NCBI GenBank assembly: GCA_965285935.1
Contig: OZ260666.1
Location: 36,084,001-36,148,000, forward strand
DNA length: 64,000 nucleotides
Direction: 5' to 3'
From: Ophelia neglecta
Taxonomy: Eukaryota
The notes under the pieces were generated by a model that saw nothing but the letters and a program-made list of their open reading frames with translations, made no database searches and had not been told where the DNA came from. Numbering within the stretch: the first letter of the stretch is position 1; each line of letters opens with the position of its first letter. A program made the position numbers and the translations under genes. Positions 1 to 13,100 of the stretch are shown one piece after another.

Positions 1-21
1 TACAACGTGTAACACACTCAC

Positions 22-3000
22 ACTAATTTTGCCCATTTTGGTTTCAATGTTGGGTCGTAACTTATCCAGTCCATAGAAATTGAGGCTAACGAAAGTCCCA
101 ATGAGACAGACATTATAAAGATACTGAGGGCCCAGCCCCGTGGTGGGATGCTGCCGCTATTGGATGGCAACAAACTGGCCACCCTACCTTTCCGTATGCC
201 GCCTGCTTCAGTTATTTCTTTGTTTTGTTTTTCAATGTTGTTCGTATGTTTCAGTTCATCTTGTTTTCTCCTTCCATTCTTCTTATTTTCAATTTGAGGA
301 TTTTTTTGTTTACCAGGGTCCATTCTTTGGTCGAAGACGCTGCTAGTCGCTTGTGGCATAATTGTCTCCATCGGCATATTTTCACTCATGTTCGGACCTA
401 TTCTCCAAAGATAAAAATAAACAGGCTACAGAAGACTAGTAACAAGAACTAAGAAATAAATAATTCAAATGTGTTTTAGAAAAGATCAGTTTCAATATGT
501 TTGAGGAAGCACTTACCGCCTTCTTTTATTGGATCTGTCCCGCGCTTGCTACATGCAGGGTTTATTTTTTCATTAACTAGGACTATAAGCGAATTAACAA
601 GAAAAATAACTGATGCGAGCAAGGAACAAATGAATCCATTCTCAACAAAATACCACCCAGGACCCTTCACAAGAGATGCTTTCATCAAAGGGATGGCGCT
701 TGCAATCTCCGCAATCTATGTAAAAGAGGCAAATGCATGAGTGAAGGATGGCATGTTTGAAATAGATAAAATGAAATCAAAGCTTATCCTACGGTGGCAT
801 ATTGCTAAAAATATTTATCTCTTTTGAATACATTTTACGTATATAGTGTACACACGATCAAAATGAACTCTAATTTGATATGGTCATTAATTTATCCAAG
901 GAGATTTATACCACGACTTTGCATGGTCATTTCCCTTAAACTTACTAGTGGTCCCCAAATCTCAAACAGGAAAAGTCCAAAAGCATTGAAAACTGCCAAC
1001 ATCAATGCAACAGCAAATATAATAGCTTTCTTTTTCTTCTTTGCCTTATCCGTTTTGGCGCTCACCTTTCTTGGCCAGAAGGCAAAGAAAAGTGCTATGA
1101 CGCCAGTTATCAAGACTGGCATCAGGAAGACGACCTATAATTATAACTGCATCATTATATTCTAAAACATGGTTGTACATTAAACTATGTGGATTGTACG
1201 TCTCAATATAACAAGCAGCTTGGCCCCCCTTGTAATGTCATCTTAGACCATGTGTTATTCCTCCATAAATATTTCTTTGGTACGTAAAACCAAGCTGAAT
1301 ACAGATATAAATCAGAGACCACTGCTGTTAAATTCTGGCAATTTAGCTAGGAAAACGAACGCACACACGTTGTAAATTGAGAAAATATAATGGAGACAAA
1401 TACCACGAAAAAGTGTGATTTTACGGCCGGAAACATCGTCGTGCTCTGTCAATTGTTCATCTAGGCATGACTTAATGTCCAGGCAGAGCAGAAGGAAGCT
1501 ACTGATAACTATTTGTGTTGTTCTATACATACTCAGAAACAATACAAACGTTTAATATCGTTAACACTAACTATTTTGTAAAATAGCCGGACTGAATTCG
1601 GGTCAATTTAATGGCACTATCCTCGAGCAATGACTGTATTTTGTCATATTTGTATCCACTATTCAAAAGGTATGTTTAACACATAGCCTAGTGTAGATTT
1701 TTATACACTCGAATGCGACTTGATGATACTTTGATATTTACTTAAAATATGTTATGAAACATAAGTTCATCTGCTTACCAAACCATAGTTATCGACTGTA
1801 GCAGCCACGACTAGAGGTTTCTTGACGTCATTTGCCACTTGCGTTAGGTTACGTGATAGGTCTCGCATCTGCCGAAACTGTCTCCTATAGCTGACTGCTT
1901 TACGGGCGACTCGTTTGAAGAACTTAGCCGTCCGTAATGTGGTTAGGGCAGCTCTGGAGGCAGCCGGTCCGGCTAGAGGTATCAGGGACAGCCCAATAGC
2001 CGCAACGACAGCGCTGATGAAGGCGGGACAATTGTCAAAAACTGAGAATGTGTCTCCAAAGTCAATTACCTTCTGTAGTTCTTTAATCGCCTCGTCTAAT
2101 TTAGCCTCAAAGTCAAGTTTAGTTTTGATGATATCCTCCAATACTCCGTCAGCTTCGAAACTGATATTAAACCAATCCAGTGGTAGAGCCAGAATGGCCA
2201 ATATTGCGCCTGTCAGAGCCAGCACGTGACAGGAAACTGTGACCAAACGAAGCCATTTGTTGAAAATTTTGAAATTTTTTAAAAACTCTACAATCCACGC
2301 CAATCTTTGTCGCGAATATTCTTTGCAATCAAAAGGTAGAAGAATGACCATGAAAGGTAACGCAATGATCAGTATGAATCCTAGAGCCTGAATTATGCAA
2401 AAACCAACCAGATTGGTCACGTGATATTGAACATCTGCCAAAACGGCAGACAATAAGTAAACAAGCAGCCATTTCACTAAATGAAATATTGGCTGTTTGG
2501 TTTTAGTCACAACAAGAAACAATATGTATGCTATCACTAGAATGTTAAGTAGTATATGAAGGGCGTAATTAAAACTACTGCGCCAAATACTGCAGGTGTA
2601 GGTTTTGTCCGTGACTACGAACACCAGGCCGAGGAGGTTGAGTCCGATGGAAAAAAGAGGCCATGCCAATAACAAACCCCGCTGTATTAACACCCGGGTT
2701 TCTGCAGCACCCCTACAAAGAAAAATATTTACTATACAAGTTACATTGAATTTGACCGTGTATGTTTTTTGATTTTTTCTTTTACTTATAGGTCATCTAC
2801 ATAGATAACAAATCGCAACAGCAAAATGTATATTATTTTCATTAATTTTGATTTCTGGTAAATGGAGGAATTGATTTTGCCCAGCAATATATACATCTAT
2901 CTTACCTTTTCATGCCTACTTTCTTGACATTCATATTCGGTTTCCACATCCAACCATTGACATTTGTTCTCCAAACCGGAAAAGACAGCCATCCCAAATC

Positions 3001-4371
3001 CGATACAATGGGAACTTTCCAAAGAAAAAGTGTTAATACTGAGGAGACCAATGTCGCTACTGGCACTGCCGTGTAAACTTTGGCTAGCCGGTCGCTCCAC
3101 ATAACACTTATGTAGTCGTACGTGTCACATGACAGCGCTGAGCAGACGACACTGGCAAGGCCGAATCGGAGAACCCAGTGTGGAATCTCGAACAGGGAAA
3201 GAAAGGAATATCTTCCTGCTGAATGTCCAGTGAATGACAGGAATGTTACTATCGCGTCTCCGAATAAGATGAAAGATGTAACACATTCCAGACTAAAGCG
3301 ACTGAAAGGGAATGTGAGGTATTATAATACATATTATTAAAGTTACTTGCTGTTTGCCTTAATTATCTCTAATGAATTATCTTCTTGTTTTCGAGAATAT
3401 GCTGAAACTATGATGGTAGCTGATTTGCAGCATCTTCCTGGGTACGAATAAAACCCTACAGAAACTTGTAGCTTGCATACGCCACCGTTGTCACTCATTT
3501 TTCTTATCCCATTCATGTTTATGAATAAAGAGAGTAAACAAAGTTAAATTTTAGATATATGTCAGTTATTTTAATATGCAATGTGAAAAATATACAGTAT
3601 AAATGAATGCACAAAGAAGTCAGTAGCTGACCGCGTCCTTTTTAGTTACTATCCCGGGGAGTATAATCTTCACACGTTATTATAAAACATCTTTAAATTC
3701 GCTTAAATTGTGATCCACTATACATCTTATTTTTTAATTCGACACGCAACACTATTTAAATGATCTTAGATATTGACATAAATCACATGTTTTCTTGAAT
3801 CCATTCGCTAAATGTTGATACACAACATTGGCATTTCCTTAAATGGTGACACACGACATAGGCTTTTTTTTAATTTGCCGTTTGCTGCACTGACATTGCT
3901 CTGGCCGCACAATAAAGCTGTTTGCCGCAGTGACCGCTGCACAACAATAGCGCCAAAGGCATGCAACGTAGCACCATAGTAGCCATAAGTACAATGTCTT
4001 TGTCGTATATTGGTCTTGCTTAAGACTTAAAATCAGAAAGTAGCAATTGTCAAAGACTTAATTCTATAAAAGAATCCCAAATCTTGGTCCGATACTTACG
4101 TGTAGCCCCAAACGGCTGATATTGTTCTGATACCGTCATCAGTGATATTGGCACGACTCGAACGATCGCCAACCGGTGGAGAATGCGCATGGGCAATGAA
4201 GAGAAATAGAACAGGTATGCAGATGAGCATGCGCACAAATCCAATCCCTATTCCTGAGGTGACATATAAGCATTCCCTGCACCGTGACACATGCTTCGCT
4301 GGACCACCAATATCGTTCTCGAGTCCCTTCATATCACCCACAGTGACTCGCGCACCAGAACTTGTCGGCAT
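22..4371 (-). CDS. Uncharacterised multi-pass membrane protein, multi-exon, 3' end beyond left edge (>=788 aa in window)
   Basis: Exons 4100-4371 (ATG at 4371), 2906-3301, 1779-2712, 946-1134, 517-715, 22-397. All have GT/AG boundaries, and intron phases match through the chain (2,2,0,0,1; last donor gtgagt at 21-16). The spliced frame is open and has many hydrophobic segments. The start codon is inferred and no family was recognised. Confidence 0.85.
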
Positions 4372-4621
4372 TTCTGTAGATATAAATCAAAATAAGTATT
4401 AAAAAATAAATATGTTTTCTCCCACGCTATTAAATTTGGATCCATGACATTTGATCATATTTTATTATATTAAATGGACGTAGAATTCCGTCATGGTAAC
4501 AACTTTATCGACGAACAAGGAAAAAGAAGGAGAAAATGTACGAATGAAGCACTAAGAGCTTGTTAGTACTATGCCATGTAATACTATAATGAGCTACTCA
4601 TAAAGTGAAACACAAACAATA

Positions 4622-4791
4622 CAGTGTAACCTGTGAATTATGACCACCCAAGCGACTGGCAAATACTGGTCTGATTATACAATTGGTTTGTTAACACAGG
4701 TTATTTTACATTGAAACTGTATACTGCGGTCTTCGTATTAGTATGACAGGTGGTCTTAATATAGAGGTGGTCTTTAAGACAGGTTTCACTG
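4622..4791. mobile_element. Tc1/mariner(pogo)-type MITE, copy 1
   Basis: TIR cagtgtaacctgt / acaggtttcactg, TA on both flanks, internal gaggtggtc repeats; related copy at 37184-37362. Confidence 0.8.
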
Positions 4792-6025
4792 TATATCTAT
4801 CGCTCTATCGCTTTCCCGAAAGAGTGACCAGACTGAAGAGAAAAAGAAGAACTCATAAATAAATCTATAATATCCATGTCCTGCTCTACATTGTCCTTTA
4901 TATAAATCAAATAACACGACTGTTATACGCTTATTCCGTTCCAATTAAGTTCGCTCAGTATCCACCAGATCATTTGAATCATGATGTGTAACCTGATAGG
5001 CTATGCCATCTTTTATTCTTTAACTGACAGTTAAAACTGCCTAATCAGGTCAGTCAAGGAACTGGAAATAACTGATCACATTTGGTAGACGACGTCATAA
5101 ACTGGTCAGTTAATACGGGTGTAAATGGGGATTGGGCTATTATTTATTGACCAGGTTATTGGGCAGGCGACCTTATTACACAGTTGACCACAAACACAGC
5201 AATCACTGTGCTCGAATACTAGATAACAGCAGAGGAAGTACAACATGTTAACACTTGGTGTTAAAATTAGAGTACAGCATGTTAACACTTGTTAAAATTT
5301 ATAAAATAACTGTATTCCTGGTTCTGTTAAAAACATTCGTCAAATTATAGTTTCTATGTTTGAATCAATTAAATGTCGTTTGTGTTCAAAAGGGAAAAGG
5401 TTTGTTCTACTTTCATGTCTTATATTTATTTAAAATTATATTATAAATATATCTCGGTGTGTCCTGTTCGTGAGGGACAGAACATCCTGTTTAGTCATAA
5501 TCAACAAAGTAACGCGCCGATGCAAGTACTACTGTGCAATTACCAGGAAGCGAGGAATTCGACTCGGTTGAATGCACTCACACGCACTTTGTTCTTCATG
5601 ACTGGACATGTTGCCCTACAGTGTGGTTATAATTTAATTTGTGATAACCATTTGATTGGTATATACTATACTAGCAGGGATACAGTTGGTGACCGGTCAC
5701 GACCGTTAGGGCTGTCTCATCAGTTCCGAGTGGGAATACCCATGACCCTCCTACAATAAAACTCATTTCAAAGACTGAAATATACTCATAATCAACTTAA
5801 AGGGCCTATATAAGTACACCAGCGCTTCCCATGCAGGCCCATTATGTGTATTGTGAGTGTATTTAGTTCATCCTAGAAGTATGCTCATGTCTGAGATGTT
5901 GTTTATAAAGTATATGTTATATGAGTTTGACGAATCAACTTTTAAAAATATAGTTTAAAATTAACGTGCTACCCATAGCACTGTTTCTTTTGTGTTTATT
6001 TTAATCTCATCCATAACTCTTTATT

Positions 6026-6290
6026 GGGGGGGGGGGGTATTTCCGACCATCGGGATCGGCCTTTTTAGTTATTCGTGAACTGGGAATTTATGGTTAAATT
6101 TCATGTGAATCGGGATTCGACCATTGTCTGTGATTCGGGATCAAGGATTTGTTTTTACTGGAACCCGGGACCGTACTGTTTAATTTCTCGTAACTAGGGT
6201 ATCACTATTTCAATATATTGGGAAGCGGGAAATACCTTATCCCTAATGACATGATGCAGACTTTGAACATCCGTAATACGGGAGTTGCCC
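6026..6290. repeat. Degenerate repeat-element remnant with periodic gtgaNNcggga motifs
   Basis: G-run followed by about 7 spaced copies of a gtgaatcgggat-like motif; no clear second terminus. Confidence 0.4.
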
Positions 6291-7166
6291 ATTTTCCAAA
6301 CTTCAAATTTCATTAGTTACGGTGAATTATTATATATTCATCGCTTTCAAAACAATAAACGTATTTATGAGGAGACCATTGCAAAATGCGAAAACGATAT
6401 GGTCGCCAGACCTATAGGCTTGTATGTACCATAGTATCATAATATCAGACTATAGGCTCATATAGACGTCCATCTAGATGTGGCCATCCGAAGGCAGATC
6501 AGGCCGGTGAATCATGAAAGTATAAGCCCTTACAATCATATTTACGTAAAATAGGCGAAAGTCATATCTGCCCTACGGCATATATGCATATCTACCCGTT
6601 TCACATCTGCCCTTTAGTCACTGACTCGTATCGTCACGGTGATTGGGACCTTTTACAAGTCCACCCCAGGTAATTTTCGATAAACAACTTTAGCATTATT
6701 CTTAATAGTTGGTTGCGGATGTAGCACAATGGTAGAATACCAAACAAGTATCGTGTGGTGTGAAAATGAGATAAATAGCCGCGATTCATGATACTGCGGG
6801 TAATTTTAGTTGTTCCTTGATTATTTCAAGTTAGTTTTTAGCGAGAGAAATAATACCCTGGTGATTCATTGATGGTCTTCTATAGTTATTGAATTGTGGT
6901 CTCATCTGATTGACTCGAAAGCCAGAATGAAACCAAAGTGAAATTGAACCGGAAATGTTGGACGGAGGAATAAATAGGAAGGAATGAAAAGGAAGGATTA
7001 GTTCTAGATCAGCGGAAAGACACCATACATAATAGTGGAATTCAGTGAATTATTTACCCCCAATGATCAGCGCTAAGTTTCCGTCGTAAAATTAGCCGCA
7101 TTTTGCTAAAAAAAAACCCATCAATATCAAACCATAAGGATACCAATATCAACCAAATTCACTCAC

Positions 7167-7500
7167 CTCTTTATATTCGTCTTGTTCACTTGGCAGGTTG
7201 TGATACTTTAAGAAATACTGTTATTTCTTCATTCTCTTGAAACTATGGTCTTTGTGAGTATATCTCCTCTTCGGCCAATTGCATCTGTGCAATATACTGT
7301 TATACCTTCCGTCTCTTGGAACTATAATGTTTGTAAATGTATCTTTCTCCTCCGCACACTTCCTCTGTGTATATCTTGTTTGGAACAACAGTCAACAAAA
7401 AAACAATTTACCAACAGGGGCCATATATTTCAAGCAGTAATATCCTCCTACTGACACCAAGTTCTACTTGAATACATCCGCTAACAACCTCGTCCTGTTC
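7167..7500 (-). other. Possible non-coding 5' exon of the membrane-protein gene
   Basis: Strong donor AG|gtgagt at 7167/7166. The exon at 4373 has an acceptor (tctacag) 2 nt before the ATG, which implies an upstream exon. No frame is open across 7167-7430. The upstream boundary is a guess. Confidence 0.3.
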
Positions 7501-8051
7501 ACGTATGTAGTCATTTGTCGTATATACTTCTAAGCCTTACATTTCCGTGACCAGGGGCTAGTTATAGGGTCAATAGTGAATGAGACCACCGACATTAACT
7601 GACTGGGTTACAACAAGTTACTAACGTTAAAATTAATTATACGATTAAACATTAAAACACATTGATGAAAGCGCGACCCCAGATAGACTTGCAGGTAGCA
7701 ACCAGCACCTCTAAATATATTCAAGGCCAGATCGAGTTCTGTTACATTAACATATATTTAACCAACGATAGCCTAAGGAAATATTTCTGCAATATTCAAA
7801 CATAAATTAAGAAAAAGTGGACGGCCTCGTTCATAAAACATGTACACTGAAGGCTGACGCGGAAAAGAGAAAAAGCCATATGTACGGGTGTACATGTGAT
7901 TAAACCCCTTACTTTACCTCCCCCCCCCCCCCACTAACATCAAGAGTTGCGGCCAATTTGAAGTGACTGTGAGTCCTCATAGAAAGAAATCCGATAGGCG
8001 ATGTGGGGGTATAGCGTCCGTAATTCTTGTACTGCAATATCATTCCACTTA

Positions 8052-9375
8052 TGCTACAGTCACACGGCCATGTTACGGACCAGCGGATGCCTGCATATAT
8101 TTGGATAATGAAAACGCGTTATTTTTACCCCATAATAACGGAAATTTGAGCAAAAGTTACCTATATTCTGCGGACAATACGGATTAGTTGCGTATGTAAC
8201 GTATGACGTTAAACCTGCGGATGAGCCCATCCGCTGCCAACCCGCTGACACATGTCACGGACGACTGCCGGATGACCTACGGATTTACAGATGACTTACA
8301 CCCCAGTCACACAGAGCCATCGGTGATAGATCGCTAGTTGTCTTAGCCAGATTAGGGCGGGAACCGATGCAAACCTATTTACCACCGATATCACCTTTTG
8401 GTCACCTGTTTTCCACCGATCTAATGCGATTGGGTAAAGATGAGTTTCGTCGGGGAAAAACTACCGATTGGGATTTTTAAACGTGTTTAAAATTCTCGAT
8501 CGGTGAAAATATCTAATGCCACTGATGAACTGATACTAACCACCGATGAAAAAAGCTGAGAATAAAACTTGTAATAATTAAAAAAAAAAAGGTTTCACGA
8601 TTATGGGAGATAGGCATTGCAATAGCTCGTCGAACTTTTCCGGAGTCATCCTAATATAGTTCTGGAAGGAGCTGATGTCATCCTCCCTTAGCTCTGCAAG
8701 AATGGTGTGGTACTGCCCAAACTCAAGTATACTATCATCGGTTAACCAAGGTCTGGTCCATCATCACCTTTGCCTCCTATCCTCTTTATCACCTATCTAT
8801 TCCCGATCGGCCAACGATTACCACATATATCTCACCGACCATATCAGACGAAAAATGATTGGTGACTACTGACTTGCTCCCAAACACCGATCGATCGCCG
8901 ACATACCCGATTAAACACCGACTTACAAGCGATGATTACCGGTCATACCAGCAATGATTTTGACCGATTGAACAATTATTCACCACCGATACCCAGTCAC
9001 ACTAAAAGTAAGAAATGAAATCACTTATGACAACCGATGAAAATGAAAAATTATTAGGCCGATTGGGTGCCGATTTAAGCCGACCGTCTGTGTGACTGGG
9101 GCATTACGGAGATATGGGTATACGGATTTTACGTATGGCTAACGTATTTTACGTAAGGCTAACGTATATCCTGCGGATTCTTACGTTTATTTCACCCACA
9201 GCAAAATTTTGAGATTTTCAAAATTCCTGCTGCGGATCTCCGTAGGTCTGCGGATCCTGTGCATTGGGTTACGGATGGATACGGATGCTTACGGATGATG
9301 CGGATGTTTACGGATGTTTACGGATTTTTATCGTAAGCATCCGCAGCATACATAAGTGGCCGTGTGACTGTAGCA
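8052..9375. mobile_element. PIF/Harbinger-type MITE (outer element, about 516 bp once the nested element is removed)
   Basis: TIR tgctacagtcacacggcca / tggccgtgtgactgtagca; TTA TSD at 8049-8051 and 9376-9378; internal tacgga/cggat motifs. Confidence 0.85.
8299..9103. mobile_element. PIF/Harbinger-type MITE nested in the outer MITE
   Basis: TIR (ca)ccccagtcacacaga / tctgtgtgactgggg(ca); TTA TSD at 8296-8298 and 9104-9106; dense accgat/atcggt motifs. Confidence 0.85.
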
Positions 9376-10078
9376 TTAGTGAGCATCTGTGGTTGTGCCA
9401 CTTTAGCTCCGGGCGAATTCAAACGGTATGGTTTATGAATATGATATACCCTCCAAGATGGGGGGGGGGGGGGAGTGACTAGAATAAAAAATACAATTTC
9501 ACACAAAGAAAGTTAACAGTATAACAGTTATATCATAATTTCCTAATATATAGTTAAAGGAAAATTCTAGTGTAAGTATCATTTTTCGAATATATTCTGA
9601 ATTACCTGTTGCCTATATGTACAAGCTATATGCGAGTAAAGAAATACGGCAGGCACGACATTCGCGCCATACATGTACCCTGAAGCAAGTAGTGGCCCAA
9701 ACAGCCATGAAGCTTACTGCCATCGTAAGTTATCTGATATGTCACAGCAAGTAAGGAAGTATAAGATCACGCTCGTTAAAGTTATACACATATGGAAATA
9801 GCTCTTCTTGGAAGTCGCGTAAGAAGCAGGCCAAAAACATTCTCTAGTTTTAATAAGCAATCTACATTTTAATAACAAGTGAGTTATCAAAACGGTGCGA
9901 TATTCGCCCCAATGTATACAGAGATACGCCTATGTGTTGTTGTGGTACACACCACAATTTTGCGTGCCCTTTAATTGTGACTCTGTATTGTAACAGACTC
10001 TGGCTGACTGCCATAAGTTGCGGCCTTCCAGAACCTGGACATATCCCAGGATATCGTGTTCTGCCAGTAACATCCCAA

Positions 10079-10151
10079 TATTCCGAAGGTCCGTTATTCC
10101 GAAGGCCCGATATTCCAAAGCCCGCAATTCCGTAGGTCCGCTATTCCGAAA
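10079..10151. repeat. Short tandem repeat, about 16-bp unit tattccgaaggtccgN, about 4.5 copies (probable transposon subterminal relic)
   Basis: Units directly visible in the sequence. Confidence 0.7.
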
Positions 10152-13100
10152 TTTGTCCGAACTATAACGATAGCTGTTTTAATATTTATAAATAAATTAC
10201 TATTAAGAGTCAAATAGGGAAAATCTATATACAAAGAACAACGAGTTAAATAAAAAATAAAAAATCAATTTCTTGTTTGTTTGTGGTCACTGTATAATTT
10301 TTCATTCAAGCTTTGAATAAGCTCCCGGCCTGGTAATAAATGAGAACAGTTTATATGGGGCTTTTAACGTATCAGAGCCTGCCGCGCCAAAGCCCGTCTT
10401 CAACTGTCCAACATCGCGATGATTCGTCTCGGACAGCCGCGAGCCCCAAGCACCAGAATATCGATACCAGAATACCGAATATTTAACGACATGGTTATAT
10501 GTTGAAGGGTTCGGCTGCCAATCTCAAAAAAGGTCTTAATATCATTTCCATTTATTTCATTTGCTGGCATGTGTTGTGATCTACCATTTTATTTAGCCAC
10601 TTTATTTGGGGTCATCGTCATCGCCTGCGTGTCAGTACTCATACCAAGTTAGGAATAAGGGGGAGCATCAGCTCAGGACTATGGTGTCCTAGGCTCGTGT
10701 CCAAGATGGCTACGCAAACGTCATCAGAGCGAAATGCACGAAATTATTACCTGCCCTAAACAATAGAAATGAATTTTATTTATATAGTGTAAAGTGTATT
10801 TCAACAATTTTTTTTCTTTTTTTTTTTTGCAATCAACAACAATTTGAACCGACCTAACCCCGTTGTGCAACTATCCATTGGAACATTGCCTACTAAATAA
10901 ATTACTAGAAGCACTTAAAAGATCATTCTTCTAGTTTCTTAGCAGGCATCTTGACCACATGACCATGGGTAATGACACCCAGTTATGTGGCTTTCGTATG
11001 ATATATCAAAAACTATACAAGCAAACGAAGTAGGCCTTATAGACGGAAAATACTATTTGGTCACGCACCCCAGACTCAAGAAATCGATAGAGATGCACCA
11101 AATTGACAATTCAAATAGGACCTACCGCCAATCTGTGCTTTTCAAGACACAGGAAAATCGCAGGTGTCATTCTGTCAGGTATTATTAATTAAGAGAATGT
11201 AGTTTATTATTTATACGATACAATTCATGCTTCTTTGTTATTTAGGCGATAGGTATATTATTAATCAGAATGTGGTAATTAATTAAGCAGACCCACTTAT
11301 ATTTAGTTTGCAGTTTACTATTTCATAAATTTCATGGCTACAAACGAACCTCTATTTTGTTTATTTATAAATGTTGTACTGGTATTATGTTTTTCTTGCA
11401 CAAAATTTGGTTAAATATATACAGAAACGCTTAAAGATCGTGCGTTTCTAAGTCTCTGGTCGAATGAATGATTATAACAGTATATATTAACGTTCCTTTG
11501 AATAATTGGTCCAATCATAAATAAAAAAGCTATTTATCAAATTAGATTATTTGTTTTTGATGGGCGTTTGCTTCCTCTCAAGCAACTATCTCGAATTCAC
11601 AAAACAAAAAGTTGAGCTATCTGGTATTCACGAAAGTCAGAATTAATCAAAGATCATCAACTACAAATTGCAGTGACTTTCCATGATCAAGTTTATAATG
11701 GACCTTTTGATCTGCTTTAGTGGATTTCCATAAGCCATTGCTGAAATAAAACCGCGTGTGTTAGAAATGTTTTCAATGAAATTCAGCCGAATTAAGCAAG
11801 CTCTTCTTGGAGCGTAATATTCTTAATCCACGATTTAACTCATGTGTGTTTTGTCTGATGATATCGACTCCCCTTTATTCACTCAATCCTGATTTCAACC
11901 AAACAATAGAAAACGAGAATGTAACATAGGGAGCATAGAAAAAGGAGTGGTTATCTGGTACAAAACAAAATCAGTGATTAAAACCAGTCGAAAGTGGCTT
12001 TGCGTAATCAGCGCAGGTCACAGCGATGGTGAATATGATGACACAACACTGTACAATATATCTATAATTCAAGCCTAATCAAACACGAACCCATTAGCTC
12101 CGGGTTTTCGGCGCTGCTCTGGCGGCGTTACACTGTGAGAAATAGCAAAATAGAATCTCCCTAGCACTGGATCTATCTACATCACCCTCAAACTCTCAGT
12201 GCACGACAGAGAAATAGCGCCAAGCAAACAGCGCAGCGACCCAGAGCCGGAACCAGATAGCCACACATTCATCCCTATTACCTGGAGCCTATTTCTTATT
12301 GAGGATAACTAGGGTTGTGTCGCTGTCGCCATGACATTACCTTACACCGTTTTAACCAACCTGAGATACCGAGCAGGGTTTGCGTTTTCGGGTAAGCAGT
12401 ATCGCCTGGCCGACCGTCTCGAATGCTGAACTTAACTCAAGTAGCTTACTATTACTGCCTCCCGCTAACTTATGGCTGACCGAATATCGCTCTGCAACAG
12501 GAGTAGCATAGTCTATTTATTTAAAGAGTGTACCGGTCTGTATGTTGACTGAAAAGGCTCATCAGATTGTTGAACTACTTAGTCGCAGTGCCGCCCCCTC
12601 TGGCCTCTTTAAGGATAAAATAGTAACTGGGCGATAATTCTTATTAAAGGCAATTTCAGTCAAGTGAAAGCGTTCAAGCATTTAAGGACAGTTACCCTCC
12701 ACCCTACCTCTCACTCCCCCGCCCCCTACCCCCAAAGAATGGTATTTCATCAGGGAAGTGGCTCGGTTTTTAGGTCTTTGTATCCAGATCGAGAATCAGA
12801 GAGCTGCCAATGTCTTCCCCCCCCCCCCTCCCCCCGCCTAAATCCGCTACTGTTTCTCATTTTACCAGAAAGTGGGCCCGGACAAGGGCCTATTTCTGGA
12901 ACTACGCAAGATGGTTTCAGAGGGTTGGTACCGGGGACAATCCAGACATTGGCCTTGTCAACCTTGTAAAATTTACACCCCACCTCTCCTCCTGAAATCC
13001 TGGATTCGCCGCTGAGATGACTAATAAAGAACTCTGATATTTGTGATTTTGGTTTTGATGGTAAAACGAACTTTGCAATCTTCAAAACTTGTTTTTTTCT

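Noticed and set aside
1915-2229. Plus-strand ORFs antisense to coding exons (also 4142-4402, 25857-26117, 62977-63327)
   Set aside because: Shadow ORFs of the minus-strand coding sequence.
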